DNA of 64,000 bases, from contig JBHGNT010000020.1 of NCBI GenBank assembly GCA_043228905.1, positions 2,170,001 through 2,234,000 on the forward strand. Reading direction: 5' to 3'. Origin of the DNA: Azolla caroliniana (taxonomy: Eukaryota > Plantae > Polypodiophyta). Within the stretch, counting starts at the first letter, position 1. Each line of letters opens with the position of its first letter. This document shows, piece by piece, positions 1-11,311 of this stretch. A program made the translations under genes and the position numbers. A model generated the notes under the pieces. It saw only the letters and a program-made list of their open reading frames with translations, searched no databases and was not told the origin of the DNA.

Positions 1-1824
1 ACCGGTAAGTGACGCTTTGGATACTAGGTAGAGGAGTGCCGAATGATCTACATGGAAGGAGAACTTTCTTCCCAATAAATAATGCCTGAATTTTGTTACA
101 CTGTAGATCATTCCTAAAGCTTCCCTTTCCGTGGTAGAATAATTTCGTTCCGCTTGGGATAGCTTCTGGTTGGCATAGTACACTGGCCGGTACCACCTTG
201 GCTCGGTAAGCTGCATGAGCGCGTTGCTGATTGCGATGTCGGAGGCGTCCACGAACACATGAAACTCTTTACTCCAATCCGGAGGCTGCGCTACCGGTGC
301 TTGTGACAATAATACCTTTAGTGCCCGGTACACCTTGTCTTCGATGTCTGTCCATTGGAACAATGTTCGGTGTACTGCCGCATGCAGAGGTATAGCCAGG
401 TTCGCCAAATATCGGAGCATACGGCTATGCCAACGAATTTGTCCTAAGAAACGGCTCAATGCCTTTGCCGTTGCCGTTGCCGGTGCTTCCAGGATTGCTT
501 TCACTTTGTCCGGATCTATGTCAATGCCTTCCTTGCTCACAATATGCCCCAGTAGCGTTCCGCTGGACACTCCAAATACACACTTCGCCGGATTCAGGCT
601 TAGCCGGTACGCCCTACACTTCTCTAGACATAGTCTGAGGTGCTGCAAATGATCTTCTTCTCGGCTATAGACTGTGAAGTCCTCAAGGAACACCTGCATA
701 AAAGCTGGTATGTATTCGCCAAAGATCTCCATGAGGATCCGTTGGAATGTTGCCGGTGCCGTTTTCAGTCCGAACATCATCACCACGGCAACAAACACTC
801 CCCATTCGGTGACGAAAGCCGTTTTCTCTTGATCATCAGGGTGCATCCGGATCTGATTATACCCTTTGAATCCGTCTAAGAAACTGTAGACTTCATGGCC
901 GGCGACAACATCCAAAACTCCATCCGTAAACGGAAGTGGAAATGCATCCGTTACCGTTGCGGCATTGAGCTTCCGGTAGTCGACACAAACTCTAATTTTG
1001 CTGTTCTTCTTCGGTACGACTACGATCGGGCTCAGCCATGTAGATTTCTTTACAGGACGGATGAAGCCAACCCTTAGCAATTTGTCGATTTCCTCCTTGA
1101 CTTTGGCAGTGTAGTTTGGGTTCATCCAGTACCGACGCTATGCTACCGGCTTAGCGTCTTTGCTCAGATGTATCTGGTGCTGATACAACTGAGGATCCAG
1201 CCCTCTCATATCCTTGTAAGTCCAGGCAAATACGTCGCGAAACTCGTTGAGGAGTGTAATTATCGCCGTTTTGTTCTCTGCATTCATTTCTTTGGCGACA
1301 TGCACCGGTTTTGCCTCCTTCGCCGTTCCTAGATTTACCTCTTCTAATTGAGACGCTTTTACGTGCTGTGATACGACCATTTCTCTTTCCAACGCCTCCT
1401 GTGCTTGCTGTAACTCCCGGATTGCTTCTTTATCTGGTTCCGCTTCGGTGCCGTCCGATTGCAGTAAGTAGGGTGATACCGCTTCGGCGACATCAATTTC
1501 GAATAGGGGTACAATCTTCGGGTTCTCCTGCAAGTACTGATCTTCATCTTCGTCTGCTAATCCTTCCAGCATATTGACGCACTCCGCATATAACGGTGTC
1601 AGATCCTTGCCGGTACCCTTCCTTGGTTGTGTTGGTACCCGTACCTTCGCTTTTCCCCGCCGGAACGTAATCATATTCCTCCTCTAGTTCTGCTTGATGT
1701 GTGGCGTCTTTAACCAAGGGCGTCCCAACAATAATGGGTACGCTCCTTGAGCCTGCAACTGGAGAACTACGGCTGAGATTCGGAATGTGTGGCCCCCGAT
1801 GGTTACTTCTAAGTCCCATATTAA

Positions 1825-1841
1825 TCCCATCGTGGTCGCCA
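1825..1841 (-). promoter_or_regulatory. Primer-binding site, probably tRNA-Arg
   Basis: Minus strand TGGCGACCACGATGGGA a few nt after the LTR; complementary to the ...GTGGTCG-CCA 3' end of tRNA-Arg(UCG) (recalled sequence). Confidence 0.65.
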
Positions 1842-1846
1842 AAAAC

Positions 1847-2310
1847 TGTGTTAATCCTAGGGCCGGACAACAGCCTAACACAGGGTGTCCACTTAAGACA
1901 CTTCACCAAAGGGTGGTACGGCATAATGATTTACGACACAACGCTTAATTAGACCTTAATTGGTTACTTAGCAATCCGTAATTAACACGCGTAAGATATA
2001 ACAATGAATACATAATGGTAATCAACACTGGAAGATTAAGACAATAAGCTTCATTAATTATCCGCTCCTGATTACATTGTAACCGGGCCTTTATATAGGT
2101 CTCCGGTGCGAAATACAAAACGGTGCCAACCGGCACCTTTACGGGATCGTTCCGGATCCAGATCGGCATACCGATTCTGGTCCGTCCGTCCACATCTTCT
2201 CATATATTACTATATATTTTAAGATTACTAATTACAACAGTTCCCGAATAAACTATTCCTTTTCATACTCTGATTTGGACCTCCTTAAGCCTTCTTGCCA
2301 GCCAGTAACA
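1847..2310 (-). repeat. 5' LTR of the left-edge gypsy (about 464 bp; inner end could be 1849)
   Basis: TG...CA termini (TGTGTTAA...CAGTAACA on +). A PBS abuts one side; the copia gag zinc knuckle resumes at 2311. Confidence 0.7.
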
Positions 2311-3864
2311 CTTCCATTCCGGTTCGAGTCGACAAAACTCGATCGAATGCGGATATCGCGGAAAAATCGGCCATCATGAAGAGGAGTGCCAGAAGAAGAA
2401 GCGCGAGTCGGCTTCCACAAGCCGACAACTCACAAATTATGCCACTAACTCCGATTATGAAGACCTTGGCGGAATGTTTGTGATGAGACATAGAGCAAAT
2501 TCTATGTCGGCCTCTACTTCGACTAATGCCTCCAATCTAGAAGATGTATGGTTCGTCGACTCCGGTGCTTCGAACCATATGACGTCCCATCAAGAATGGT
2601 TCAAAGACCTTCGAGAGCTGGATCGACCCGGTTATGTCGAGACCGGAGACGACACTGCTCATCTGATTCGGCATGTTGGCAATGTCCCATTTGGGAAAGA
2701 AGGTGAACAAAATTGCATAAAAAATGTCTTACATGTACCCACCATAACAAAGAATTTGGTCTCGGTCGGCCAAATTGTGGAACAAGGGATACAAGTTCGA
2801 TTCAACCAAGGAGGTTGCTTCATCGAGAAGGAAGGCCGACTAATTGCTCGTGGTCGAAGGGAAGGCCGAATGTTTATCCTCGAAGCGAACGAGGTAAAAT
2901 CGACCATGTTTGCAAAGGGCCTCAAACCCGACACCGACATAGAGCTATGGCATAATAGAATCGGCCATATCAATCTCAACAAACTCAAGGCAATGCAATC
3001 GAATGGAGTCGTCATTGGGCTCCCGACCTTCAAAGAGAAAGAGATTGAAGGAGTATGTGAAGCATGCTAATTCGGCAAGCAACATCGACACCCGTTCCCG
3101 AAGGAGAGGAGCGTGAGCAAAGGCCCATTGGACGTAGTCCACTTGGATGTGTGGGGACCGGCACAAACAACTACATTCGGAGGATGTCGGTACTATGTTA
3201 CCAAGTTCATCGATGACTTCTCTAGATACACATGGATCTTACCCATGAGGATGAAGAGCGAAGCGTTTACACACTTCCAAAAATTCAAAAGCGAAGTCGA
3301 AAAGACAAATGGGTGTCATGTACGATGTCTTCGGTCAGACAGAGGAAAGGAATACTTCTCTGATGTGTTCATGGCATACCTTCGACAAGAAGGAATTCGG
3401 TGAGAATTCACTTGATGACACACACCGCAACAAAATGGTGTGGTCGAACGCAGGAATCGGCACATCCTCGAAGTAGCAAGGGTCATGCTAAATGAGAAGA
3501 ATATGCCCAAGTCATATTGGGCAGAAGTTGCAAATACTGTTGTCTACCTCATGAACCGGTGCACAACATCCGAAGTGCACGAGGTCACCCCGCACGAGAA
3601 ATACTTTGGGAAGAAGCCAGATCTATCCCATGTAAGGATATTCGGCTCCATTGCATACGTGCACATTCCCAATGAGAAGCGGCAGAAGCTTGACCCAAAA
3701 TCAGAGAAGTGCGTCCTCGTGGGGTACTCACTGGAGCAAAAGGGGTACAAGTGCTTCAACCCCTCTACTCGGAACACTCGTGTAAGTCGGGATGTCGTCT
3801 TTGACGAATCAACACCATGGTACAAACACGAGCCAACTCCTCCTGAACCATCTACGAACGACCT

Positions 3865-4263
3865 TGTTGAAGTGGCAAGCTCAACTAGAGCCGGATCGGC
3901 TGAATAAGCCTGAGCCGGCAAGCGAGACGGATCGGTAAGCTGGCAAACAACAGAGCCAGTGAGTTGGGGAGCTGGTTAGCCAGGTCCAATCGGTAACCGG
4001 AAGCCTAATATTAGTTTAGACTACTAAGCAATTATAGTCTCGTGGTAAGTGTCAGAAGCTCGTATGAGCATTGAAGTACGCGGTACTTCTGTCAGTCCCA
4101 TGAGGACTTGTATAAATAGTGCTACTGAGCACAATTGTAAAGGATAGAGGCATATATCGTTTTTGAATATAGCTTTTACGTTCTACTCTCTCTGTCTCTC
4201 TCGCGTACTCTGTGTATTCCCTACTTTCTCTATTTCTAACGCTTCCCCAAGTAATCGTTTACA
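3865..4263 (+). repeat. 5' LTR of copia B
   Basis: TGTTGA...TTTACA; about 22 differences from the 3' LTR by eye. Confidence 0.95.
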
Positions 4264-7200
4264 TGGTATCAGAGCGCGAGTGTTGAGAACCTCCTCTGCA
4301 ACCGACAAACGCTTGACAGTAAACCCTAACAAGTCGTAAAACAACACACAGAGAAGTGATGGATAGAGGGATGGCTAGCTCGCTCCCTGTGGAGAAACTC
4401 GACAGATCCAACTATGCATCTTGGTCGTATAAGATGCACCAGTACCTGCTTGGGCATGGCTACTGGAGTTTCGTCGAAGGAGCCAACGAAACAACACCTG
4501 ATGTGGCACATAAGGACTTCCCAGTGTGGGAACAATCGGCAAGCAGAGTGATGTACTCCTTCGCGTCCAATGTCGGAGAGCAACTGTTGAGCCACATCCG
4601 AGACGCCAAGACGCCGAAGGAGGCTTGGGGGAACCTGAAGAAGGTGTTCGCCGCGAGCACAACAACCCCGAAGCTGCAACTCCGATAGGAGTTGAGCAAT
4701 GTCCGACAGAAGGACATGTCAGTGGCGGATTACATGGCCCGGATCAAAGAGATCTGTGACTCGCTTGCCTCTATCAACGTTACTGTAGAGGAAGACGAGA
4801 TGGTACAGGTCTGTCTTGGGGGCTTGGTGTCGAAGTTCAGAGCGTTCCGAACGGCGGTGTGTACAAGGGAGAATATGCCGTCATTTTTCGACTTACAGTC
4901 GATGCTCCTTGTAGAGGAGAACCAGGCCGGTGCGTCAACTAGCGCACCCACTGACAGCCGGATGCTATACACGGAGGCGGCTCGGTCCCGTGGACGTGGT
5001 GGACGAGGCGGGTCGGCACGCAATGGAGGCGGCCGACAAGAGAAGGAACGAAGGCACAGAGAACATGCCGACCGCAGTTCCGGGACTTCCACAGGCAGGG
5101 GGAGTCATGGTGACACCGGAAAACGGCAAGAGAAGTTTGCAACGGAATGCTGGTACTGTGGCAAAAAGGGTCACAGAGAAAGCGAGTGCTGGAGAAAACG
5201 CGCCGATACGGACAAATCCGGATCCGGCAAGGCCGGCAAGGATGGCCGACAAAGCTCGCACTACGCGAAGGGATCAGGAGGATCCAAGAACGGTAACGGG
5301 CCAGCCTTGGTGATGAAGCACAAGGCGAACTTGATGAAGAAGACCACTTCCAAATCGAAGGAAGTATGGTATGTTGACTCCGGTCGTTGAACCACATGAC
5401 GAGCCACAAAGAGTGGTTCTCCTTTTTGGAAAAACCGGATCAACCAGGAGTAGTCGAAACCGGAGACGACACTCCTCACCCAATCGTGCATGTCGGAGAA
5501 GTCCCTTTGAGCCACGTCAGACAAAAGGGGAAGCTGATGAACATATTACACGTTCCGACAATCACGAAGAACCTGGTGTCAGTAGGACAGATCGTCGACC
5601 AGGGGATGTAGGTACGGTTTACGCACCTTGGGTGCTTCATCGAGGAAGAGGGCTATATTATTGCGCAAGGGCGTAGAGACGGGAGGATGTTTATCCTCGA
5701 CACCAATGACGTTGGCGCCGCTCTGTTTGCAAAAGGACAGAAGGTCGAATCGGACATCGACCTGTGGCACATGCGGATAGGCCACGTCAATTACCGGAGG
5801 CTTCAAGACCTGCAAACGAAACAAGTTGTTTTCGGTTTGCCGAAGTTCAGCGGCCGGAAGGCCCAAGTATGTGAAACTTGCCAACTCGGGAAGCAACACC
5901 GGCTTCCATTCCCTAACGAACGAAACCAAAGCCGTAACAAGCTTGACCTAATCCATTCGGATGTGTGGGGATCGGCACAGAGTGTTAGTCTTGGCAGGAG
6001 TCGATATTTCGTCTCCTTCATCGACGACTATACGCGGCACACATGGATCTACCTCATTGAGCGTAAGAGTGAAGGCTTCGAGTGTTTCCGGAGTCTCCAA
6101 GGCATGGTGGAACGGGAATCGGAGAGGAAGATCAAATGCCTGCGGTCGGATGGCGGGAAAGAATACTTTTCCGGCCAATTCAACAATTATCTGGTGCAAA
6201 CGGGTATTCGGCGAGAGTTCAACTGCAGATACACACCGCAACAGAACGGTGTTGACGTGAGGAAGAACCGGTCGCTTATCGATGCAGCAAGGGCAATGCT
6301 GGAGGAGAAGAGCATGCCCAAATTCTACTAGGCGGAGGCAGTCCGAACGGCTGTCTACAACCAGAACCGGATCGGTGACAAGGTGTCAACTCACGAGTTG
6401 TATTTCGGGCGGAAGCCGAATTTGAGACACCTTAAGATCTTCAGTAGCATTGCATTTGTGCATGTACCGGATGAGAAGCGGAGGAAGCTGGATGCGAAAT
6501 CGGAAAAATGCATCCTAGTCAGCTATGCTCAAGAGAAAAAGGGTTATAAGTGTTATAAACCCTGGACAAAGAAGGTCCAAGTTAGTTGAGATGTCGAGTT
6601 TGATGAATCGGCATCGTGGTACTCCTTACTAACTCCGACTTCCGAATCTGACCCGATGCCGGTGGATGAGGCTATTGATCCTGAACCGGCCCAGGTGGAG
6701 GATGATGAAGCGTGGACTCAGGATGAGAGTCCGGAATCATTTCGGTTGATTGGGCCGAACGAGAGACTGAGTCAATTTTACCAGTCCGATGAGGAACCAG
6801 CGAGTAGTGGAGACTCTGTCGTGCACTCCCTGCGCAAGGAACCGAGGAGACGGTTCACGCGCAAAGAGAAGGGGAAGAATAAGATTCAGGAATTCGAATC
6901 CGGCAACGATGAGTCGGATCGGTGTACGTCCGACTCCAGCAAGGAGAAAGGCGGATCTTCGGCAATGAAGACCGAACTGGCTAAGAAGGGCCTCAAACCG
7001 GGTAACAATGAGTTACATCGGTCCACCCGCTAGAAGGATCCCGTCAAGCGGTACGGGTACAATGAGTACATGGCGCATCACTATGTGTACATGACTAAGG
7101 TGGTGGAAGTGCGTGAGCCGGAGAGCTACGCATAAGTGGCCAATGACGCAAATTGGCGTATCGCTATGGAAGAAGAAATGTGGGCACTTGATGTCAACAA

Positions 7201-8164
7201 GACATGGGACCTGGTTGACCCTCCTCGTCACTATAAACCGATCGGATGCAAGTGGATATACAAGGTAAAGTACAACGCCGACGGTTTTGTTAACCGGTAT
7301 AAAGGCCGGTTAGTGGTGAAGGGATACGGTCAGACCCACATAATCGACTACGACGAGACCTTCGCTCCGGTAGCGAAGATGACGACGGTTCGTGTGGTGC
7401 TGGCGGTTGCTACAGCAAGGGGGTGGCATCTTCACCATATGGATGTGAAGAATGCGTTTCTTCAGGGTGACCTTGAAGAAGAAGTCTTTATGACTCACCC
7501 CCCTGGCTTTGAATCGGAGATGAACAAGTCAGCGGGATGCCGGTTGAAGAAGTCGTTGTACGGCCTGAAGCCAACCCCTCGAGCTTGGAATGCGAAGATC
7601 ACGCACTGGTTGCGTAATATGGGGTTTATGGCTTCCAAATCGGACTCTTCGTTGTTCATCCGGCAAGGCTCAGCCGGACCGGTATGTATACTGCTGTATG
7701 TTGATGATCCAGTCATCACCAGACCGGGTGTTCCAGAAATCAACCGCGTCAAGTCCCTGTTGTCAAACGCATTTGAGAAGAAGGACCTGGGGGACCTTCA
7801 TTGTTTTCTAGGGATCGAGGTGATCCGAACCCCCGACGGCATATTACTCTCACGACGACATTACTTCTTGAATATGTTGTACAAGTTCGGCATGACAAAA
7901 TGCCGACCTGTCTCCACACCCTTGGACCGGAACCAGAAGCTCCGTCCCAACACCGGACCAGCCTGCAACGAGAAACGGTTCCAACAAATTGTCGGAAGCC
8001 TTATTTACCTGACTATCACACGCCCTGACATCAGCTATCCGGTCGGGAATGATAAGTAAGTTCATGCAGAAGCCGACCGAGGAGCACCTTCATTGCGCGC
8101 AACGTATACTGCGATATATAAGCGGCACGAAGGACCGAGGACTGTTATACCGGCGAGGTATAAC

Positions 8165-8547
8165 TGTTGAGAGACAAGCTCAACATCGACCGGATCGGCT
8201 GAAGAAGCCGAGGACCGGATCGATTGGGACCGATCGGTTAGGTCGAGTGCGTAAACCGGGAGGCCGTTAGGAAAGATATTCCGTGAGGAATATATTTGGG
8301 AGTTAGTATAGGAGCTCTTAATGAGCCTTGAAGTACTGTCAGTACTTCTGTCAGTCCTTCTAGGACTTGTATAAAAATGTTCATTGAACACACATATGTA
8401 TAGAGTGTTGAATATAGTTCTTGTTTTCTCTCTCTCACTCCCTCTGTCTCTCCCGCGTATACTGCGTAAGCTCAAGCTCTCCATTAAACCTGAGTTTTCT
8501 TCCTTCTGTTCGGTCTTTATACTTGCTTCCGCACGCTACTTTTTACA
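8165..8547 (+). repeat. 5' LTR of copia C
   Basis: TGTTGAG...TTTTACA; direct repeat of 13454-13836. Confidence 0.95.
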
Positions 8548-8619
8548 TAGTATCAGAGCGTGAGGGTTGAGAACCTCTCTGTAGCTGACACAGCTTGACG
8601 AAGAAGAACAAGAAGAACG

Positions 8620-11046
8620 ATGGATAGAGGCATGGCGAGCTCGCTTCCAACAGAGAAGCTCGGCAGAACCAACTACGCGTCTTGGTCCTACAAGATGCAC
8701 CAGTACCTGCTCGAGCACGACTACTGGAGTTATGTCGAAGGAGCTAATGATACGGCACCCGAATCGACACATAGAGACTTCCCGTCGTGGGAGCAATTGG
8801 TGAGCAGGGTATTATACTGCTTCGCGTCGTGTGTGGGCAAACAACTATTGAGCTATGTTCGGGATGCAAAGATGCCGAAGGGTGCGTGGGAAAATCTGAA
8901 GAAGATTTTCGCCGCGAGCACCACAGCCAGGAAGCTTAAGCTCCGACTGCAGTTGAGCAACCTACGACAACGCGACTTGCTGATGGCGGACTATACCTCG
9001 AAGATCAAGGATATCTACGACTCCCTCACCTCCATAGAGGTGAACATCGAGGAGAGCGAGATGGTCCAGATTTGTCTCGGAGGTTTGGCGTCGAAGTTCG
9101 GAGCGTTCCGAACGGCTGTGTGTACCCGGGAGAATACGCCGTCCTTTTTCGACTTACAGTCAATGCTCCTGGTAGAGGAGAACCACGCGGGTGCGTCTAC
9201 AAGCACGCACACCGACAACAGAATATTGTACACGGAGGGAGATAGGCCCCGTGGACGTGGAGGACAAGGCGAGTCGGCGCGCAATGGAGGCGGCCGACGA
9301 GATCAAGGAAGAAGGCATCGAAGTGACGCCGACAACAACTCCGGACCCTCCGGAAACAGGGGGAGTCGAAGCGATGAGAACCGGCAAGGGAAGGCCATCG
9401 CGGAGTGCTGGTACTGTGGCAAGAAAGGCCACAGGGAAAGTGAGTGCTGGAAGAAGCATGCCGATTCAGAGAGAACCGGTTCCGGAAATGGCTCCGGACA
9501 TACCGACAAGGGAAATCGGCAGCGATCGCACTACGCCGAAGACTCCGGGAAAGCCGGAGAAGGGTCTGCCTTCGTGACGAGACACGAAGCAAACTCAATG
9601 AAACAGACCACCCCGAGATCGGACGAAGTGTGGTACGTAGGCTCCGGAGCGTCAAACCACATGACGAGCCATAAGGAGTGGTTCTCGTACCTTGAAAAAC
9701 CGTTACAACCTGGAGTAGTCGCAACTGGAGACGACACTCCGCATCCGATCGCGAATGTCGGAGAAGTTCCCCTTAGCCATGTTGGGCAGAAAGGGAAACT
9801 CATGAACGTGTTGCACGTTCCGACAATCACGAAGAACTTGGTCTCGGTCGGACAAATCGTCGACCAACGGATGGAGGTTCGGTTTACACACCTCGGGTGC
9901 TTCATTGAGGAAGAAGGTTGTGTGATTGCGCAAGGGCGCAGAGACGGGAGGATGTTCATCCTCGACTCCACTGACGGCGGCACCGCAATGTTCGCGAAGG
10001 GACAAAAATCCGAGTCGGACATCGACTTGTGGCACAAGCGGATAGGCCACGTCAACTACCAGCGGCTTCAAGATCTGCAATCGAAACAGGTAGTTTTCGG
10101 ATTGCCCAAATTTAGTGGCCGAAAGGCACAAATTTGTGAAGCCTGCCAGGTCGGGAAGCAACACCGACTTCCTTTCCCAAATGAGCTAAACCGGAGCCGG
10201 AACAAACTCGACCTTATACACTCCGATGTATGGGGGCCGACACAAAACGTTAGTCTTGGCGGGAGCCGATATTTTGTCTCCTTCATCGACGACCACACGC
10301 GGCACACGTGGATCTACCTCATTGAGAGGAAGAGCGAAGTCTTTGACTGTTTCCGGAACCTCAAAGGGTTCGTGGAAACGGAAACGGGACGAAAGATCAA
10401 GTGCCTGCGGTCGGATGGCGGGAAAGAGTACTTTTCCGGTCAATTCAACGGTTATCTACAACAAATGGGAATTCGGCGCGAATTCAGTTGTAGATACACG
10501 CCGGAGCAGAACGGCGTGGCCGAGAGGAAGAATCGGTCAGTTGTGGAAGCGGCACGAGCAATGCTGGAGGAGAAGAGCTTGCCCAAGTTCTACTGGGCCG
10601 AGGCGGTAAGGACCGCGGTATACATCCAGAACCGGATCGGAGACAAAGTGTTGGCGCACGAGCTATATTTCGGAACAAAACCGAACTTGCGACACTTGAG
10701 GGTGTTCGGTAGCATTGTGTATGTGCATGTACCAAAGGAGAAAAGGAGGAAGCTGGACGCAAAGGCCGAGAAATGCATCTTGGTCGGCTACTCGGACGAG
10801 CAGAAGGGTTATAAGTGCTATAACCCTCGCACCAAACAAGCGCGTGTTAGCCGCGACGTTGTGTTTGACGAGTCCGCGTACTGGTACCAGCCCCCGACTC
10901 CGAACCCCGACTCCAATCCGAGCTCTGACGATGAGGTTAGCGAGGCCGAGATGCCTCCGGATGAGCCCGAAATCGAGACCCGCGAAGAGAGTCCGATTTC
11001 ACTCCGTTTAAGTGGACCGATTGGACGACTGAGTCGGTACGATTAG
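8620..11046 (+). CDS. Copia C Gag-protease-integrase ORF (808 aa, ends at a premature TAG)
   Basis: CCHC knuckle CWYCGKKGHRESEC; protease WYVGSGASNHMT (catalytic D>G); GAG-pre-integrase WHKRIGH...CEAC; DDE integrase (HSDVWG, RSDGGKEY, NGVAERKN). Confidence 0.85.
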   Translation: MDRGMASSLPTEKLGRTNYASWSYKMHQYLLEHDYWSYVEGANDTAPESTHRDFPSWEQLVSRVLYCFASCVGKQLLSYVRDAKMPKGAWENLKKIFAASTTARKLKLRLQLSNLRQRDLLMADYTSKIKDIYDSLTSIEVNIEESEMVQICLGGLASKFGAFRTAVCTRENTPSFFDLQSMLLVEENHAGASTSTHTDNRILYTEGDRPRGRGGQGESARNGGGRRDQGRRHRSDADNNSGPSGNRGSRSDENRQGKAIAECWYCGKKGHRESECWKKHADSERTGSGNGSGHTDKGNRQRSHYAEDSGKAGEGSAFVTRHEANSMKQTTPRSDEVWYVGSGASNHMTSHKEWFSYLEKPLQPGVVATGDDTPHPIANVGEVPLSHVGQKGKLMNVLHVPTITKNLVSVGQIVDQRMEVRFTHLGCFIEEEGCVIAQGRRDGRMFILDSTDGGTAMFAKGQKSESDIDLWHKRIGHVNYQRLQDLQSKQVVFGLPKFSGRKAQICEACQVGKQHRLPFPNELNRSRNKLDLIHSDVWGPTQNVSLGGSRYFVSFIDDHTRHTWIYLIERKSEVFDCFRNLKGFVETETGRKIKCLRSDGGKEYFSGQFNGYLQQMGIRREFSCRYTPEQNGVAERKNRSVVEAARAMLEEKSLPKFYWAEAVRTAVYIQNRIGDKVLAHELYFGTKPNLRHLRVFGSIVYVHVPKEKRRKLDAKAEKCILVGYSDEQKGYKCYNPRTKQARVSRDVVFDESAYWYQPPTPNPDSNPSSDDEVSEAEMPPDEPEIETREESPISLRLSGPIGRLSRYD

Positions 11047-11311
11047 TCCGATGAAGAGCCGGCGAGTAGTAGAGACTCGACCGTGCATTCCCCGCGCAGG
11101 AAGCCGAGGAGACGGCTTACGCGCAAAGAGAAAGTCAAGAAGAAGGTGTCAGATCCCGGCACGGATAGGAACGAGTTAGACCGACGCGAGTCCAACTCTG
11201 AGGGAACCGGTCACTGACGGGTCTTTAAAGGTGAAGTGCGCGTCGACTGAGAAGGCCTCGACATCGGCTAATGTGAGATTACGCCGATCTACCCGCTAGA
11301 AGAATCCTGTT

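Larger units (their letters stand above)
1..2310 (-). mobile_element. Ty3/gypsy LTR retrotransposon (Athila/Tat-like), degenerate, gag deleted; continues off the left edge; inserted into the gag of copia A
   Basis: Minus strand encodes a protease tail (YPLLLGRPWL), RT (VCVDYRKLNAAT...SFLDGFKGYNQI...MMFGLKTAPATFQR) and the RNase H start, with stops. LTR and PBS at 1825-2310. Confidence 0.85.

Noticed and set aside
8062-8484. Antisense ORF in the C LTR, repeated at 13432-13821
   Set aside because: Recurs only because the LTR is duplicated; no coding features.
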